From: Eledone cirrhosa
Taxonomy: Eukaryota
DNA length: 64,000 bases
NCBI GenBank assembly: GCA_964016885.1
Contig: OZ024741.1
Span: 34,100,001 to 34,164,000, forward strand
Direction of reading: 5' to 3'
Shown here: piece after piece, positions 42,001-58,900 of the stretch
How the letters are laid out: each line of letters begins with the position of its first letter
Numbering within the stretch: the first letter of the stretch is position 1
Program-made: the position numbers and the translations under genes
Notes under the pieces: model-generated
What the model was told of the DNA's origin: nothing
Databases searched by the model: none
The model's input: only the letters and a program-made list of their open reading frames with translations

Positions 42001-42247
42001 CGTGTAGGTGTCACGACAAAAAAACACACAGTCCACGCTGTAATGTGGCCGTGTAGGCAACACGGTAAAAACCTCCCAGACCCACACTGTAAATGTGGTT
42101 GGTGTTAGGAAGGGCATCCAACTGTAGAAAACCTGCCAGACAGTCCTATGCGAGCAAGACAATCACTCTTGCCTCAAGTGGGACTACCCCCGTCCAAACC
42201 CATGCAAGCGTGGAACACGAACGTTAAACGTTGATGATGATGATGAT
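39030..42247 (+). mobile_element. Near-full-length RTE-clade LINE (5' boundary approximate)
   Basis: Single APE+RT coding region, structured 3' UTR and (ATG)n tail. Confidence 0.95.
39221..41891 (+). pseudogene. RTE APE-RT polyprotein, disrupted by frameshifts near 39275 and 40440 and an about 430-bp deletion at 41546
   Basis: APE motifs GTINVGTL, CIQETRW, VYAPQ, GDLNGHVG, VDYIL and SQHRL; RT motifs NYRGIKL, QFGF, FVDLEKAFD, GVHQGSVLSP and YADD (ORFs 39337..40446, 40415..41572, 41553..41891). Confidence 0.93.
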
Positions 42248-42276
42248 ATAAAGCGCTCGACAAGTATTTGGAGTAG

Positions 42277-43234
42277 ATATACAATATTAATAAATGGAAA
42301 CTATATTTATAAAACCATATTTATTTCATTATACATATTTCAAGGATACCAAGTTAAATTATGGTATGCCTTCATCAGACAAAATACAATATATATCAGT
42401 TTTACAAATAAGCATTGCTTAGTGGTTAGAGCATTGGGCTTGCAATCGAAAGGTTGTGAGTTCAATTCTCAGACCGGGTGATGTGTTGTTTCCTTGAGCA
42501 AGACACTTTATTTCACATTGCTCCATTTTACTCAGCTGTAGAAATGAGATGATAGGGACTGGGGTCCATATCATTCCACTGCAAAGTGGTCGTGGAGGTG
42601 CCACGGAAAAAAAGCACCCAGCACTCACTGTAAATGAGGTTTGGTGTTAGGAAGGGCATCCAGCTGTAGAAATCAAGCCAGAATCAGTTCCCGTCCCACC
42701 CTTGCACGCAGGGAAAAGTGGACGTAAAATGATGATGATGATGATGTACCCTTTCAAAATGCGACCATTACTTTTGGAGGACATCAGGATAGTGGTTTGT
42801 TTATATTATTTTAGTAAGTCTTAGTGTTAAGGACAATTACAAAAGACGGAGAGAGAGAGAAATGCGTGGAGATATCTCTCTGTTGCTTTCCTCTGTTTTC
42901 TTATTTTTTCCTTTTTTTTCCTTTTTTCTTCTTTTCTTTCCTCTTTTTCTTTATTTATCTCTCCCTTTTTCTCCACGCTTTTCTCTCTCTCGCCGTCTTT
43001 TGTAATTGTCCTTAACACTAAGACTTACTAAAATAATATAAACAAACCACTATCCTGATGTCCTCCAAAAGTAATTGGTCGCACTTTGAAAGGGTACGTC
43101 AATGCTTATTTGTAAAACTGATATATATTTTATTTTGTCTGATGAAGGCATACCATAATTTAACTTGGTATCCTTGAAATATATATAATGAAATAAATAT
43201 GGTTTTATAAATATAGTTTCCATTTATTAATATC

Positions 43235-43240
<6 letters not shown>
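42277..43240. repeat. Fold-back palindrome with about 265-bp arms and a 100-bp pyrimidine spacer; left arm interrupted by a SINE; arms contain a CTGATGA...GAAA motif
   Basis: 42277-42417 plus 42747-42871 is the reverse complement of 42970-43240; mirror ORFs 42824..43015(+) and 42827..43018(-). Confidence 0.92.
42417..42746 (+). mobile_element. SINE family B, lacking about 10 nt at the 5' end
   Basis: Near-identical to 11601-11932. Confidence 0.92.
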
Positions 43241-43279
<39 letters not shown>

Positions 43280-43297
43280 CATATATATATATATATA

Positions 43298-43710
43298 TGG
43301 TGGCTGCCAACTCGTTTTCGAGTACGGCCACTACTTTATATCCATGTAGGAGAACTCCTACCGTTGCGTTGAACGAGTGTGACTTTTTAGTCCAGCCAGC
43401 GACTTGAAAACTCTGGTACAAACACTACACCTGTGACAATTATTGACATGTATCCCAGTACAACCTGTCTCATGGTCGGGTCGTTGGCGACTAAACTGGC
43501 AACCCCACCAAGGATTCCTTGGTGAGGAGGGTGACTTTGGACATCCTGCAGGACTAAAAACAAAACCTGTCAAAGGGCAAAGGAGCTCTTAAGAGTCAAT
43601 GACCATCCAAAATCACCGGGAGAGATGACCCCTTAGCCTTTGTCAAGGCAGAATTCTAGGAGAAGGAAAACTCTGATATAACACCTGCAACCCTGATGGT
43701 ATCCAATGAT
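43298..43710 (-). mobile_element. Rearranged (5'-inverted) copy of a short non-autonomous RTE derivative
   Basis: 43298-43448 is the reverse complement of 45172-45322; 43460-43710 is a direct copy of 44756-45005. Confidence 0.85.
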
Positions 43711-43718
43711 ATATATAT

Positions 43719-43765
<47 letters not shown>

Positions 43766-44179
43766 AAGGTAAATATGTGTATATATATATATATATATAT
43801 TTTTCCCTGTCTACTTTCTCTCTCTCTATGACCCCCCCCCCCCCCCTCAGTATTTACATAGGGAAATAGGGTCATGTTCTGAAATATTATGTAAGGGCAT
43901 TGGGAAGATAGATGGTTCCCTTTCTCTTCTCTCTTTTTCTCATTCCTAGAGGTCCCTACCCCTCCTCACACTTCTACCCTTTTACTATTATATACACACA
44001 TAAACATTGATATAAACATATATTCATATACACACATGTACAGTGATGTTATATACTAAAACACAAGAAAAGTCAAGCATGTGTATATACACGCACACAC
44101 ACCTCTCCCTTTCTCTCTAGGGGGAAGGATGTTAAATTATATATATATATATATGTGTATATATATATATATGTATATA

Positions 44180-44280
<101 letters not shown>

Positions 44281-44301
44281 GTGTGTATATATATATATAT
44301 A

Positions 44302-44342
<41 letters not shown>

Positions 44343-44501
44343 AGAAATAGCCATCGAAACGGCTTGAGCTCTGCCGTCGGGGTCATACTTTTTCCTATTA
44401 CCCACTCTACTACCCTAAGTATTGAGTACTCTGGTGCGTTATGGGCCATCTGGTTCTTTACCACAACTCCTTCGTTGTATATATATATATGTATATATAT
44501 G

Positions 44502-44532
<31 letters not shown>

Positions 44533-44755
44533 GTATCTATATATATATATATATAAATGAAAGGTATAGAAAACATTGTAGCAAAAAGCCAACAGTATTC
44601 CATAATATATAATATATAAGTGACCATAGCGTCAAAATGTATATATATATAAGTATGTATATGTATGTATATATATGTACATATATATGTATATGTATGT
44701 ATGTATGTATGTATGTATATATTTATGTATATGTATGTATATATGTATATATACA

Positions 44756-45322
44756 ACAACCTGTCTCATGGTTGGGTTGTTGGCAACTAAACTTGTAACC
44801 CCACCAAGGTTTCTTGGTGAGGAGGGTGACTTTGGACATCCTGCAGGACTAAAAACAAAACCTGTCAAAGAGCAAAGGAGCTCTTAAGAGTCAATGGCCA
44901 TCCAAAATCACCGGGAGAGATGACCCCTTAGCCTTTGTCAAGGCAGAATTCTAGGAGAAGGAAAACTCTGATATAACACCTGCAACCCTGATGGTATCCA
45001 ATGATGTTGATTTGTTCTTCTTTTTGGTAAATATTATCTTAGTTAAGAGAGTGGGACTGGCTTTGTGCAGTGCCTTTGCTCACTATAAAAGCTTCACGGC
45101 ACAGGCATTGCTTTATATCTGGAGATCTCTCTGCACTTGTCGTCACATGGTACCATGGACCCAGCACTATGTGTCAATAATTGTCACAAGTTTAGTGTTT
45201 GTACCAGAGTTTTCAAGTCGCTGGCTGGACTAAAAAGTCACAGTCGTTCAGCGCATCGGTAGGAGTTCTCCTACATGGATATAAAGTAGTGGCCGTACTC
45301 GAAAACGAGTTGGCAGCCACCA
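44756..45322 (+). mobile_element. Short (about 570 bp) non-autonomous LINE derivative inserted in (TA)n
   Basis: The 5' part contains ctaggagaaggaaaactctga, which I recall from RTE 5' UTRs. The 3' part is homologous to the segment that in the sister copy encodes [20 protein letters not shown], a C2H2-like LINE C-terminus. Confidence 0.7.
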
Positions 45323-48470
<3,148 letters not shown>

Positions 48471-48789
48471 AAGACAGCATATATATGTGTAGGTATGTAT
48501 ATTCCCTCTGATAGTTTGTATAAATATTGTACATAGATCTATAGAATATGCATACCAACTCTAACATATATATCCTAGAAACGATCGTAAAATGATGAAT
48601 TTTTTTAATATAAGGAATTGTTTCTTTGTTTATTTATTATTTTTTTAATAATTTATCTTGACTCTGTTTTCCGTTTATTTTTCACCGAAAGTAGTTTTTG
48701 AATGCATCTTCTCTTTTCATAATATCCGGATTACATTGAGTTCTTCATACGGATTGGACACTACCGTAAATTTTTGGTAGATTTATCTA

Positions 48790-48799
48790 CATATATATG

Positions 48800-48850
<51 letters not shown>

Positions 48851-48905
48851 GTATATATATATATATGTATATATATATGTATATATATATGTATATATAT
48901 ATATA

Positions 48906-48963
<58 letters not shown>

Positions 48964-49052
48964 AATATATATATATGTATATATATATAAATATATATAT
49001 ATGTATATTTATATATATATGTATATATATATATATATGTATATATATATAA

Positions 49053-49123
<71 letters not shown>

Positions 49124-49844
49124 AATATATATATATGTATATTTATATATATATATATATATGTATATTTATATATATATATATATATATGTATATTTAT
49201 ATATTCCTTTCGTGGATCTTGGTTGTCTCCCCTTCCCGCTTAGTGACGCTACAATACCTCCTCAGTCAAAAACTGCTGGAATTTCAAATTTGCCGGTCAT
49301 TCGATGCGGGAGGAAGCAAATTAACAGACACGATTTTTAACTATGGTAAGAAATGTTTTTCTCATATCAAAGTTTAATGGGCTTCCACTGATGATTTATA
49401 AGCGCCCACCTAAATATATACTTACATGAATGTATATTAGGCTTCTACATAAACTGGAAATATTCTCCGAATTTGTAGAAAACTTATAATGAAACAATTG
49501 TTTGGAATGAGAGATATATTTTAACTTTAATTATATCTCGTAAAATAATACAACTGGCTTTTCCACATAATACATATTGTTAGCACCCCAAACACTTAAA
49601 TTGGGTTTATATTAAAATATAACCTAATGTTTGTTGAGTGAGATGGTTACCAGTCAGAGATTAGCTTTAAACTATCTCTGTTATTGTATTAATTATATAT
49701 ATATATATGTATATTTATATATATATATATATGTATATTTATATATATATATATGTATATTTATATATATATATATGTATATTTATATATATATATGTAT
49801 ATTTATATATATATATGTATATTTATATATATATATGTATATAT

Positions 49845-49875
<31 letters not shown>

Positions 49876-50246
49876 GTATATTTATATATATATATGTATA
49901 TTTATATATATATATGTATATTTATATATATATATATGTATATTTATATATATATGTATATTTATATATATATATGTATATATATATATGTATATATATA
50001 TATATGTGTGTATATATGTGTGTATATATATGTGTATATATATGTGTATATATATATATGTGTATATTTTTATATATATATGTATATATATATGTGTGTA
50101 TATATATGTATATATATATGTGTGTATATATATGTGTGTATATATATGTGTATATATATAAACACATATATATGTATATATACATATATATATGTGTTTA
50201 TATATATATATATATGTATGTATATATATGTTTATATATATATATA
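48790..50246. repeat. (TA)n-rich arrays flanking a unique island at 49205-49695
   Basis: Direct reading. Confidence 0.9.
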
Positions 50247-50477
50247 GATGATGATGATGATATGTATGTGTGTGTAAACACTTGTTACTGTGGAGGACAG
50301 TTGATACACACAGGAAGGTTATTGACACGTTAGGTTTCATGCATCATCATCATCATCATCACCAACATCATTACTTCACTTCTCTATTATATACACACAT
50401 GACGTCGGCGACCTGTCTAACCCATGCAAGCATAGCAAAATGGACATTAAACAGTGAGGATGATGATGATACATATC

Positions 50478-50506
50478 ATCTACTCTCTCTCTCTCTCTAA
50501 CACATC

Positions 50507-50541
<35 letters not shown>

Positions 50542-50557
50542 ACACCCACATCTACTT

Positions 50558-50593
<36 letters not shown>

Positions 50594-50636
50594 CCACATC
50601 TACTTTCTCTCTCTCTCACACACACACCCACATCTA

Positions 50637-50677
<41 letters not shown>

Positions 50678-50935
50678 CCACATCTACTTTCTCTCTCTCT
50701 CTCACACACACCCACATCTACTTTCTCTCTCTCTAACACATCTATTCTCTCTCTCTCTCTCTCTAACACATCTATTCTCTCTCTCTCTCTCACACCCACA
50801 TCTACTTTCTCTCTCTCTCACAGTCATCCACTCTCTCTCTCTCTCTCTCACACTTACACACACACTGGGGCACATCATTCTCTCTCTCTCACACACATAT
50901 CTACCCTTTCTTCCTCTCACACACACACCACCTAC
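50478..50935. repeat. Compound (CT)n(CA)n repeat with recurring cacccacatctacttt linker
   Basis: Direct reading. Confidence 0.85.
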
Positions 50936-51181
50936 ATATGAAATAACACATCTATAACCATATCTAGCACTATTTTACCTAACATATCCTTTCTTTAGGC
51001 TGTAATTCAACAAAGATTTTGAGCTGTTATTTGTTATTTCTATTTAGTTAACTGACTGTATAAAGACTCCATGTTAGCTTCAGTTGTTGTTGTTGGTGTT
51101 GTTGTTTAACCCCCAGGTCAGCTCTGACCAAACAAACTTATGATCCAAAATGTACTGAATGTGATCACCCCAACTTTTTTG

Positions 51182-51229
<48 letters not shown>

Positions 51230-51359
51230 GGTATGGTCCCGTAACTTTTGATAGTCGCTGGGGCGCTGTAGTGGCAACAAACTTTCTTGGGCATTTCAAG
51301 CCTGGCGGGTCCCATCCCTCTCCAGGCCTCAGTGTGAGAGAAATGAGAAAGAGACACAT

Positions 51360-51527
51360 AGGAAGAATTGATCCCAGTACTAGACAGGTACTTTTTTTTT
51401 ATCGACCTTGAAAGGATGAAAGGCAAAGTTGACCTCGGCGGGATTTTAACTCGGAGAGCAGAGAGCCGAAACGAACAACAAAAGACATTCTATCTGACAT
51501 TCTAATGACTCCGCCCATTCACTGCCT
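51360..51527 (-). mobile_element. SINE family A copy
   Basis: atcgaccttgaaaggatgaaaggcaaagttgacctcggcgggatt matches family A. Confidence 0.78.
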
Positions 51528-51744
51528 ATAAACAACTCTATGCTCATTGACAAAACTGAGAAGAGATCCAATATCACAGATGGTGAAAGATATTCCAATA
51601 TGTTTTAATAGTAGTGACAATAGTGAAGGTTAGCAAAGTAGATTCTGACATTTCATAACAGTTAGTGTAAGTACTTTGCCCTCATCACTAATTTCAGCTC
51701 AACCCTGTGCTTCTGATTGTCATAGTGATGGTGGTCTAAATAGT

Positions 51745-51792
<48 letters not shown>

Positions 51793-51795
<3 letters not shown>

Positions 51796-54621
51796 TCATC
51801 ATCATCATCATCATCGTTTAACGTCCATATTCCACGCTTGCATGGGTTTGGACGGGAGTTTTCCCACTTGAGGCAAGAGTGGTTGTCTTGCTTGCATAGG
51901 ACTGTCTGGCGGGTTTTCTATGGCTGGATGCCCTTCCTAACACCAACCACATTTACAGTGTGGGGCTGGGAGGTTTTTACCGTGTTACCTACAGGGCCAC
52001 ATTACAGCGTGGACTGTGTGTTTTTTTGTCGTGACACCTACACGACCTCATTTGTTTCAGCCTGGATGTTGTGGCACCAACATAACTTTACATTGAAAGG
52101 GGCGGTGTGGATGGGGTGGGGGTGGTGGGACGGGGGTGTATTTTGTTAGAGATGCCTACTGACTGTAGTAGGTTTTACTTTGTATTTCAAGTAAGACGGG
52201 TCTTCTCTATTACTGAGTACCGCCAAAGATCTCAGTCCAGTGACATTGTCTTGGAGAGGTGTAAGTGTGTGAGGTCGGAATTTATCAGGTCGTCCCAGGT
52301 TTTTCTGGGTCTGCCTACTCCGTGGCTACCGTCTATCTTTATTGCCCTGCAATTTGTTATACAGCTGTCGTCTTTCATGCGCATCACGTGACCGTACCAA
52401 CGTAGCCTTCTCTCGAATAAACAACATCTGATCCCTCTTATTTCTAATTTTTCCCTTAGTTCGTTTATGCTTTGCCGTTCACGTATATTACTATTACACA
52501 TCCAGCGGAGCATGCAAGCTTCGTTCCTCTCCAGTCTGCGTATATCCTCAGCACACAATGCCCAGGTCTCACTACCATGCAACATTGCTGTTCGTATGCA
52601 GGCATCATACAACCTGCCTTTCATTTTTAGGGAGAACCCTTTAGCGGCTAATAGTGGTATAAGCTCTCTGAACTTTTTCCATCCAGTTCTGACTCTAGCT
52701 ACTGTACTTTCAGAGCACCCTCCCCCACTGCTGATTTTGTCACCCAGGTAACGGAAACTGTCCACTATTTCTATAGAACCCTCTGCGTAATTGAAAGAGC
52801 TAGTATTTTGTGGGTACTTGCTGCTACTTATTGCACCAGAGCACCGGCCACATGTAAAATCTATGTTCTTAGTTAGCTTACCTGTGATCCCACTACATCT
52901 TTTATGCACCCATACTTTGCATTTGGGACATAAAATGGAGTTTCTACCTACGCCTTTCCTACACACTGAGCATGGCCATTTCCCGGACGGGACCGGCGCC
53001 TTATTTTCTTTCCTACAAACTAGAACTTTAGTCTTAGCCAGGTTAATTTTAAGGCCTTTTGATTCTAGGCCGTGCTTCCATGTTTGGAATTTCTTCTCTA
53101 GCTCGGCCATTGATTCAGCTATGAGCGTTAGATCATCTGCGTATAGGAGTTCCCATGGGCAGCCGGTCTTGAACTCCACTGTTATAGCCTGTAGGGCAAT
53201 AATAAATAGTAGGGGGCTAAGAACAGAGCCCTGATGAACACCAACTTTTACGCTAAACTCTTCACTATATTCGTTGTTAATTCTAACCTTGCTGACTGTT
53301 TCTTTATACATGGCTTGTATAGCTCTCACAAGCCATTCATCAACACCTAGTTTTCTAAGAGCCCACCAGATAATGGAACGGAGGACTCTGTCGAACGCTT
53401 TCTCCAAGTCGACAAAGGCTAAGTATAGGGGTTTACTTTTAGCTAGGTACTTCTCCTGTAGTTGTCATACAATGAAAAGAGCGTCTGTGGTACTTTTGCC
53501 TGACACAAACCCGAACTGCATTTCATCTAGATCAATTCTCTCTCTGATTAGTTGCACTATTACTTTTTCCGTGACCTTCATGACCTGGTCGATTAATTAA
53601 ATGCCTCTATAGTTACTCCTATCTAGGGCATCTCCTTTACCCTTGTAACAGTTAATGATGATGCTGCTATGCCAGTCCTTCAGAACAACCCCATTCTGTA
53701 TGACTTGGTTTACTATCCAGGTGACCATGGTGTGTCCCACCGTTCCAGAGGCTTTCAGCATCTCAGCAACTATTTCCAAAGGCCCAACCGCCTTACCCGT
53801 CTTCATATCTTTGATTGCCTTACTTATTATACTACCTTCAACTAACACTGCTGGTCCCTCTATTGGATCGATCTGGGGGAGACTATCCTTCTCCCATTTA
53901 TTCTCCTCATTTAGTAGCCTTTCGTAGTGACACTTCCAAGCTACCTTCTTATCAGCGTCAGTGATGGCAAGTACGCCATCATCATTTAGTACACACTTCT
54001 CCCCGACAATATCACGGTTTTCCTTGACACATTGCCTAGCAATCCTGAACACCTCGTTGTAGAACATGCTTGAACTTTCTTTCCTCTGCTTCCCTTCTTG
54101 CGAAGTACACTTGTCTCCTAGCTTCCCTCCTGGCCACTTGATAGTCTTCTCTACTTCCCCCATCCCGCCATACTTTCCAAGCCTGCTTTTTGGCCTTAAT
54201 CGACTCCTCCACCTTACTGTTCCACCACCATGTTACTCTCCTCCTGCCTATAGGCCTGCTCCGGCCACAGACTTCGTCTGCCGCCATCAGCAGGTTTGCT
54301 TTCAGGAATTCCCACTATTCCTCTATATTGTACAACTCTAAATGCTCTTCCTTACTGTCGAAAGCATCAAGTAATATGCTTTGAAATTTATTTCTGGCTG
54401 TAGGGTCCTTTAGCTTCCATATTTTTCTCCTGAGGATAGTCCTCTTCTGTTGTCGGGTACGTTTCGTCCTGACTATGAGGTTGCTAATTATCAGTCTATG
54501 TTGAGAGGTGCATTCTTCATGGGGGAGGGATTTGGTGTTTACAACAGACACTCTGTCACGTCTTCTGGTAAGGATATAATCTACCTGGCTGGTATGTTCC
54601 CCTGATCTGTAGGTGATCAAG
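51793..54621 (-). mobile_element. 5'-truncated RTE LINE, same subfamily as 39030-42247, with several stops; retains the PHD-like segment
   Basis: ORFs 54315..54620, 54036..54287, 53597..54163 and 52232..53407 are near-identical to the + strand copy; (TA)n on both sides. Confidence 0.95.
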
Positions 54622-55120
54622 TATATATATATATATATATATATATAAAGTACTTTGCTCTCATTACTAATTTCAGCTCAGTTCAGTATTTCTAATTGTT
54701 ACAGTGGTGGTGATGTTCGTTGTGGTATATATATATATATATAAACATTGGGAAGAAACTTGGTTTTTAAAGCCACAAATTGTTTCACCAGAGCTGTTAA
54801 GTGTGAAATGCCTTAACATATCAATGTGATTTATATTGGTATGGACACTCAATTGATTCCAACATTTCGGCAATCTAAAGAATGGTAAAACAATGACAGA
54901 AGCAAAGCTAGAGCTAAAGGCTGGGTGTCAGCAGCAATATCCTGAGGCTAGACTTTGAAATTTTACACACACACACTTGCACACGCAGTCATGTATGTTT
55001 GTGTATATCTAATTTTATTTTATATTTATAGCATCATTGTCATCATCATTTACCAACCATTTTCCCATGATTCCACATCGTGTACACCACACACACACAC
55101 ACACAAACACACATATATAT

Positions 55121-55792
55121 ATCATCATCATCATCATCATCATCATCAACGTTTAACGTCCGTGTTCCACGCTTGCATGGGTTTGGACGGGGGTATTCCC
55201 ACTTGAGGCAAGAGTGATTGTCTTGCTCGCATAGGACTGTCTGGCAGGTTTTCTACAGTTGGATGCCCTTCCTAACACCAACCACATTTACAGTGTGGGA
55301 CTGGGAGGTTTTTACCGTGTTGCCTACACGGCCACATTACAGCGTGGACTGTGTGTTTTTTTGTCGTGACACCTACACAGATCTCATTTGTTTCGGCCTG
55401 GATGTTGTGGCACCAACATAACTTTACATAGGAGGGGGTTGTGTGGATGGGGGTGTGGGTGGTGGGACGGGGGTGTATTTTGTTAGAGATGCCTACTGGC
55501 TGTAGTAGGTTTTACTATGTATTTAGGTAAGGCGGGTCTTCTCTATTACTGAGTACCGCCAAAGGTCTCGGTCCAGTGACATTGTCTTGGAGAGGTGTAA
55601 GTGTGTGAGGTCGGAGTTTATCAGCTCGTCCCAGGATTTTCTAGGTCTGCCTATTCCGTGGCTACCGTTTATCTTTATTGCCCTGCACTTTGTTATACAG
55701 CTATCGACTTTCATGCGCATCACGTGTCCGTACCAACGTAGCCTTCTCTCGAGTAAACAACATCTGATCCCTCTTATTTCTAATTTTTTCCT
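55121..55792 (-). mobile_element. Heavily 5'-truncated RTE LINE, same subfamily
   Basis: Reverse complement of about 41610-42247; ORF 55523..55723. Confidence 0.93.
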
Positions 55793-55994
55793 CTATATAT
55801 ATATATATATATATCATGTATTACATACACACACACATTATGTGGAACAAGATAATAAAATGTCTGTCTGGGAAAATGTTAGTGAGAACTTCACTACAGA
55901 AGCAACAAAGATGAGAAATGACAACTGTAACTACAACAACAACTAGAACAACTATGACTTCAGTGACAACAACAACAGTAACAACAATAACTAA

Positions 55995-58900
55995 AGTGAC
56001 AACAACAACAACAGCTATAATAACTGCAGTGACAACAACAACAACAACAGCTATAATAACTACAGTGACAACAACAACAACAACAGCTATAATAACTGCA
56101 GTGACAACGACAACAGCAATAATAACTGCAGTGACAACAACAACAACTATAATAATTGCAGTGACAACAGCAACAACAACAGCTATAATAACTGCAGTGA
56201 CAACAACAACAGCTATAATAACTGCAGTGACAACAACAACAGCAGCTATAATAACTGCAGTGACAACAACAACAGCTATAATAACTGCAGTGACAACAAC
56301 AACAGCTATAATAACTGCAGTGACAACAACAACAACAACAGCTATAATAACTGCAATAACAACAACAGCTATAATAACTGCAGTGACAACAACAGCTATA
56401 ATAACTGCAGTGACAACAACAACAACAGCTATAATAACTGCAGTGACAACAACAACAGTTATAATAACTGCAGTGACAACAACAACAGCTATAATAACTG
56501 CAGTGACAACAACAACAACAACAACAGCTATAATAACTGCAGTGACAACAACAACAACAACAACAGCTATAATAACTGCAGTGACAACAACAACAGCAGC
56601 TATAATAACTGCAGTGACAACAACAACAACAGTTATATTAACTGCAGTGACAACAACAACAGCTGTAATAACTGCAGTGACAACAACAACAACAGCTATA
56701 ATAACTGTAGTGACAACAACAACAACAGCTATAATAACTGCAGTGACAACAACAACAACAACAGCTATAATAACTGCAGTGACAACAACAACAGCAGCTA
56801 TAATAACTGCAGTGACAACAACAACAACAGCTATAATAACTGCAGTGACAACAACAGCTATAATAACTGCAGTGACAACAACAACAGCACCTATAATAAC
56901 TGCAGTGACAACAACAACAACAACAGCTATAATAACTACAGTGACAACAACAACAGCTATAATATCTGCAGTGACAACAACAACATAATAATAAAGGCAG
57001 TGACAACAACAACAGCTATAATAACTGCAGTGACAACAACAACAACAACAGCTATACTAACTGCAGTGACAACAACAACTATAATAACTGCAGTGACAAC
57101 AACAACAGCTATAATAACTGCAGTGACAACAACAACAGCTATAATAACTGCAGTGACAACAACAACGACAGCTATAATAACTGCAGTGACAACAACAACA
57201 ACAACAACAACAGCTATAAGAACTGTAGTGACAACAACAACAACAGCTATAATAACTGCAGTGACAACAACAACAACAACAACAGCTATAATAACTGCAG
57301 TGACAACAACAACAGCTATAATAACTGCAGTGACAACAACAACAACAACAGCTATAATAACTGCAGTGACAACAACAACAGCTATAATAACTGCAGTGAC
57401 AACAACAACAACAACAACAGCTATAATAACTGCAGTGACAACAACAACAACAACAGCTATAATAACAGCAGTGACAACAACAGCTATAATAACTGCAGTG
57501 ACAACAACAACAACAACTATAATAACTGCATTGACAACAACAACAACAGCTGTAATAACTGCAGTGACAACAACAACAACAGCTATAATAACTGCAGTGA
57601 CAACAACAACAACTATAATAACTGCAGTGACAACAACAGCAACTATAATAACTGCAGTGACAACAACAACAACAACAGCTATAATAACTGCAGTGACAAC
57701 AACAACAGCTATAATAACTGCAGTGACAACAACAACAGCTATAATAACTGCAGTGACAACAACAACAACAGCTGTAATAACTGCAGTGACAACAACAACA
57801 ACAGCTATAATAACTGCAGTGACAACAAAAACAACAGCTATAATAACTGCAGTGACAACAACAATAACTGCAGTGACAACAACAACAACAACAGCTATAA
57901 TAACTGCAGTGATAACAACAACAACAACAGCTATAATAACTGCAGTGACAACAACAACAACAGCTATAATAACTGCAGTGACAACGACAACAACAACAGC
58001 TATAATAACTGCAGTGACAACAACAACAACAACAGCTATAATAACTGCAGTGACAACAACAACAGCTATAATACTGCAGTGACAACAACAACAACAACAG
58101 CTATAATAACTGCAGTGACAACAACAACAGCTATAATAACTGCAGTGACAACAACAACAACAACAACAGCTATAATAACTGCAGTGACAACAACAACAAC
58201 AGCTATAATAACTGCAGTGACAACAACAACAGCTATAATAACTGCAGTGACAACAACAACAGCTATAATAACTGCAGTGACAACAACAACAACAACAACA
58301 GCTATAATAACTGCAGTGACAACAACAACAGCTATAATAACTGCAGTGACAACAACAACAACAGCTATAATAACTGCAGTGACAACAACAACAGCAGCTA
58401 TAATAACTGCAGTGACAACAACAACAACAACAACAACAGCTATAATAACTCCAGTGACAACAACAACAACAGCTATAATAACTGCAGTGACAACAACAAC
58501 AACAACAACAGCTATAATAACTGCAGTGACAACAACAACAACAACAACAACAGCTATAATAACTGCAGTGACAACAACAACAGCTATAATAACTGCAGTG
58601 ACAACAACAACAACAGCTATAATAACTGCAGTGACAACAACAACAACAACAGCTATAATAACTGCAGTGACAACAACAACAATAACAGCTATAATAACTG
58701 CAGTAACAACAGCTATAATAACTGCAGTGACAACAACAACAACAACAGCTATAATAACTGCAGTAACAACAGCTATAATAACTGCAGTGACAACAACAAC
58801 AACAGCTATAATAACTGCAGTGACAACAACAACAACAACAGCTATAATAACTGCATTGACAACAACAACAACAACAGCTATAATAACTGCAGTGACAACA

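Noticed and set aside
56638-58097. Cys-rich metallothionein- or keratin-associated-like ORFs
   Set aside because: Antisense reading of the compound satellite.
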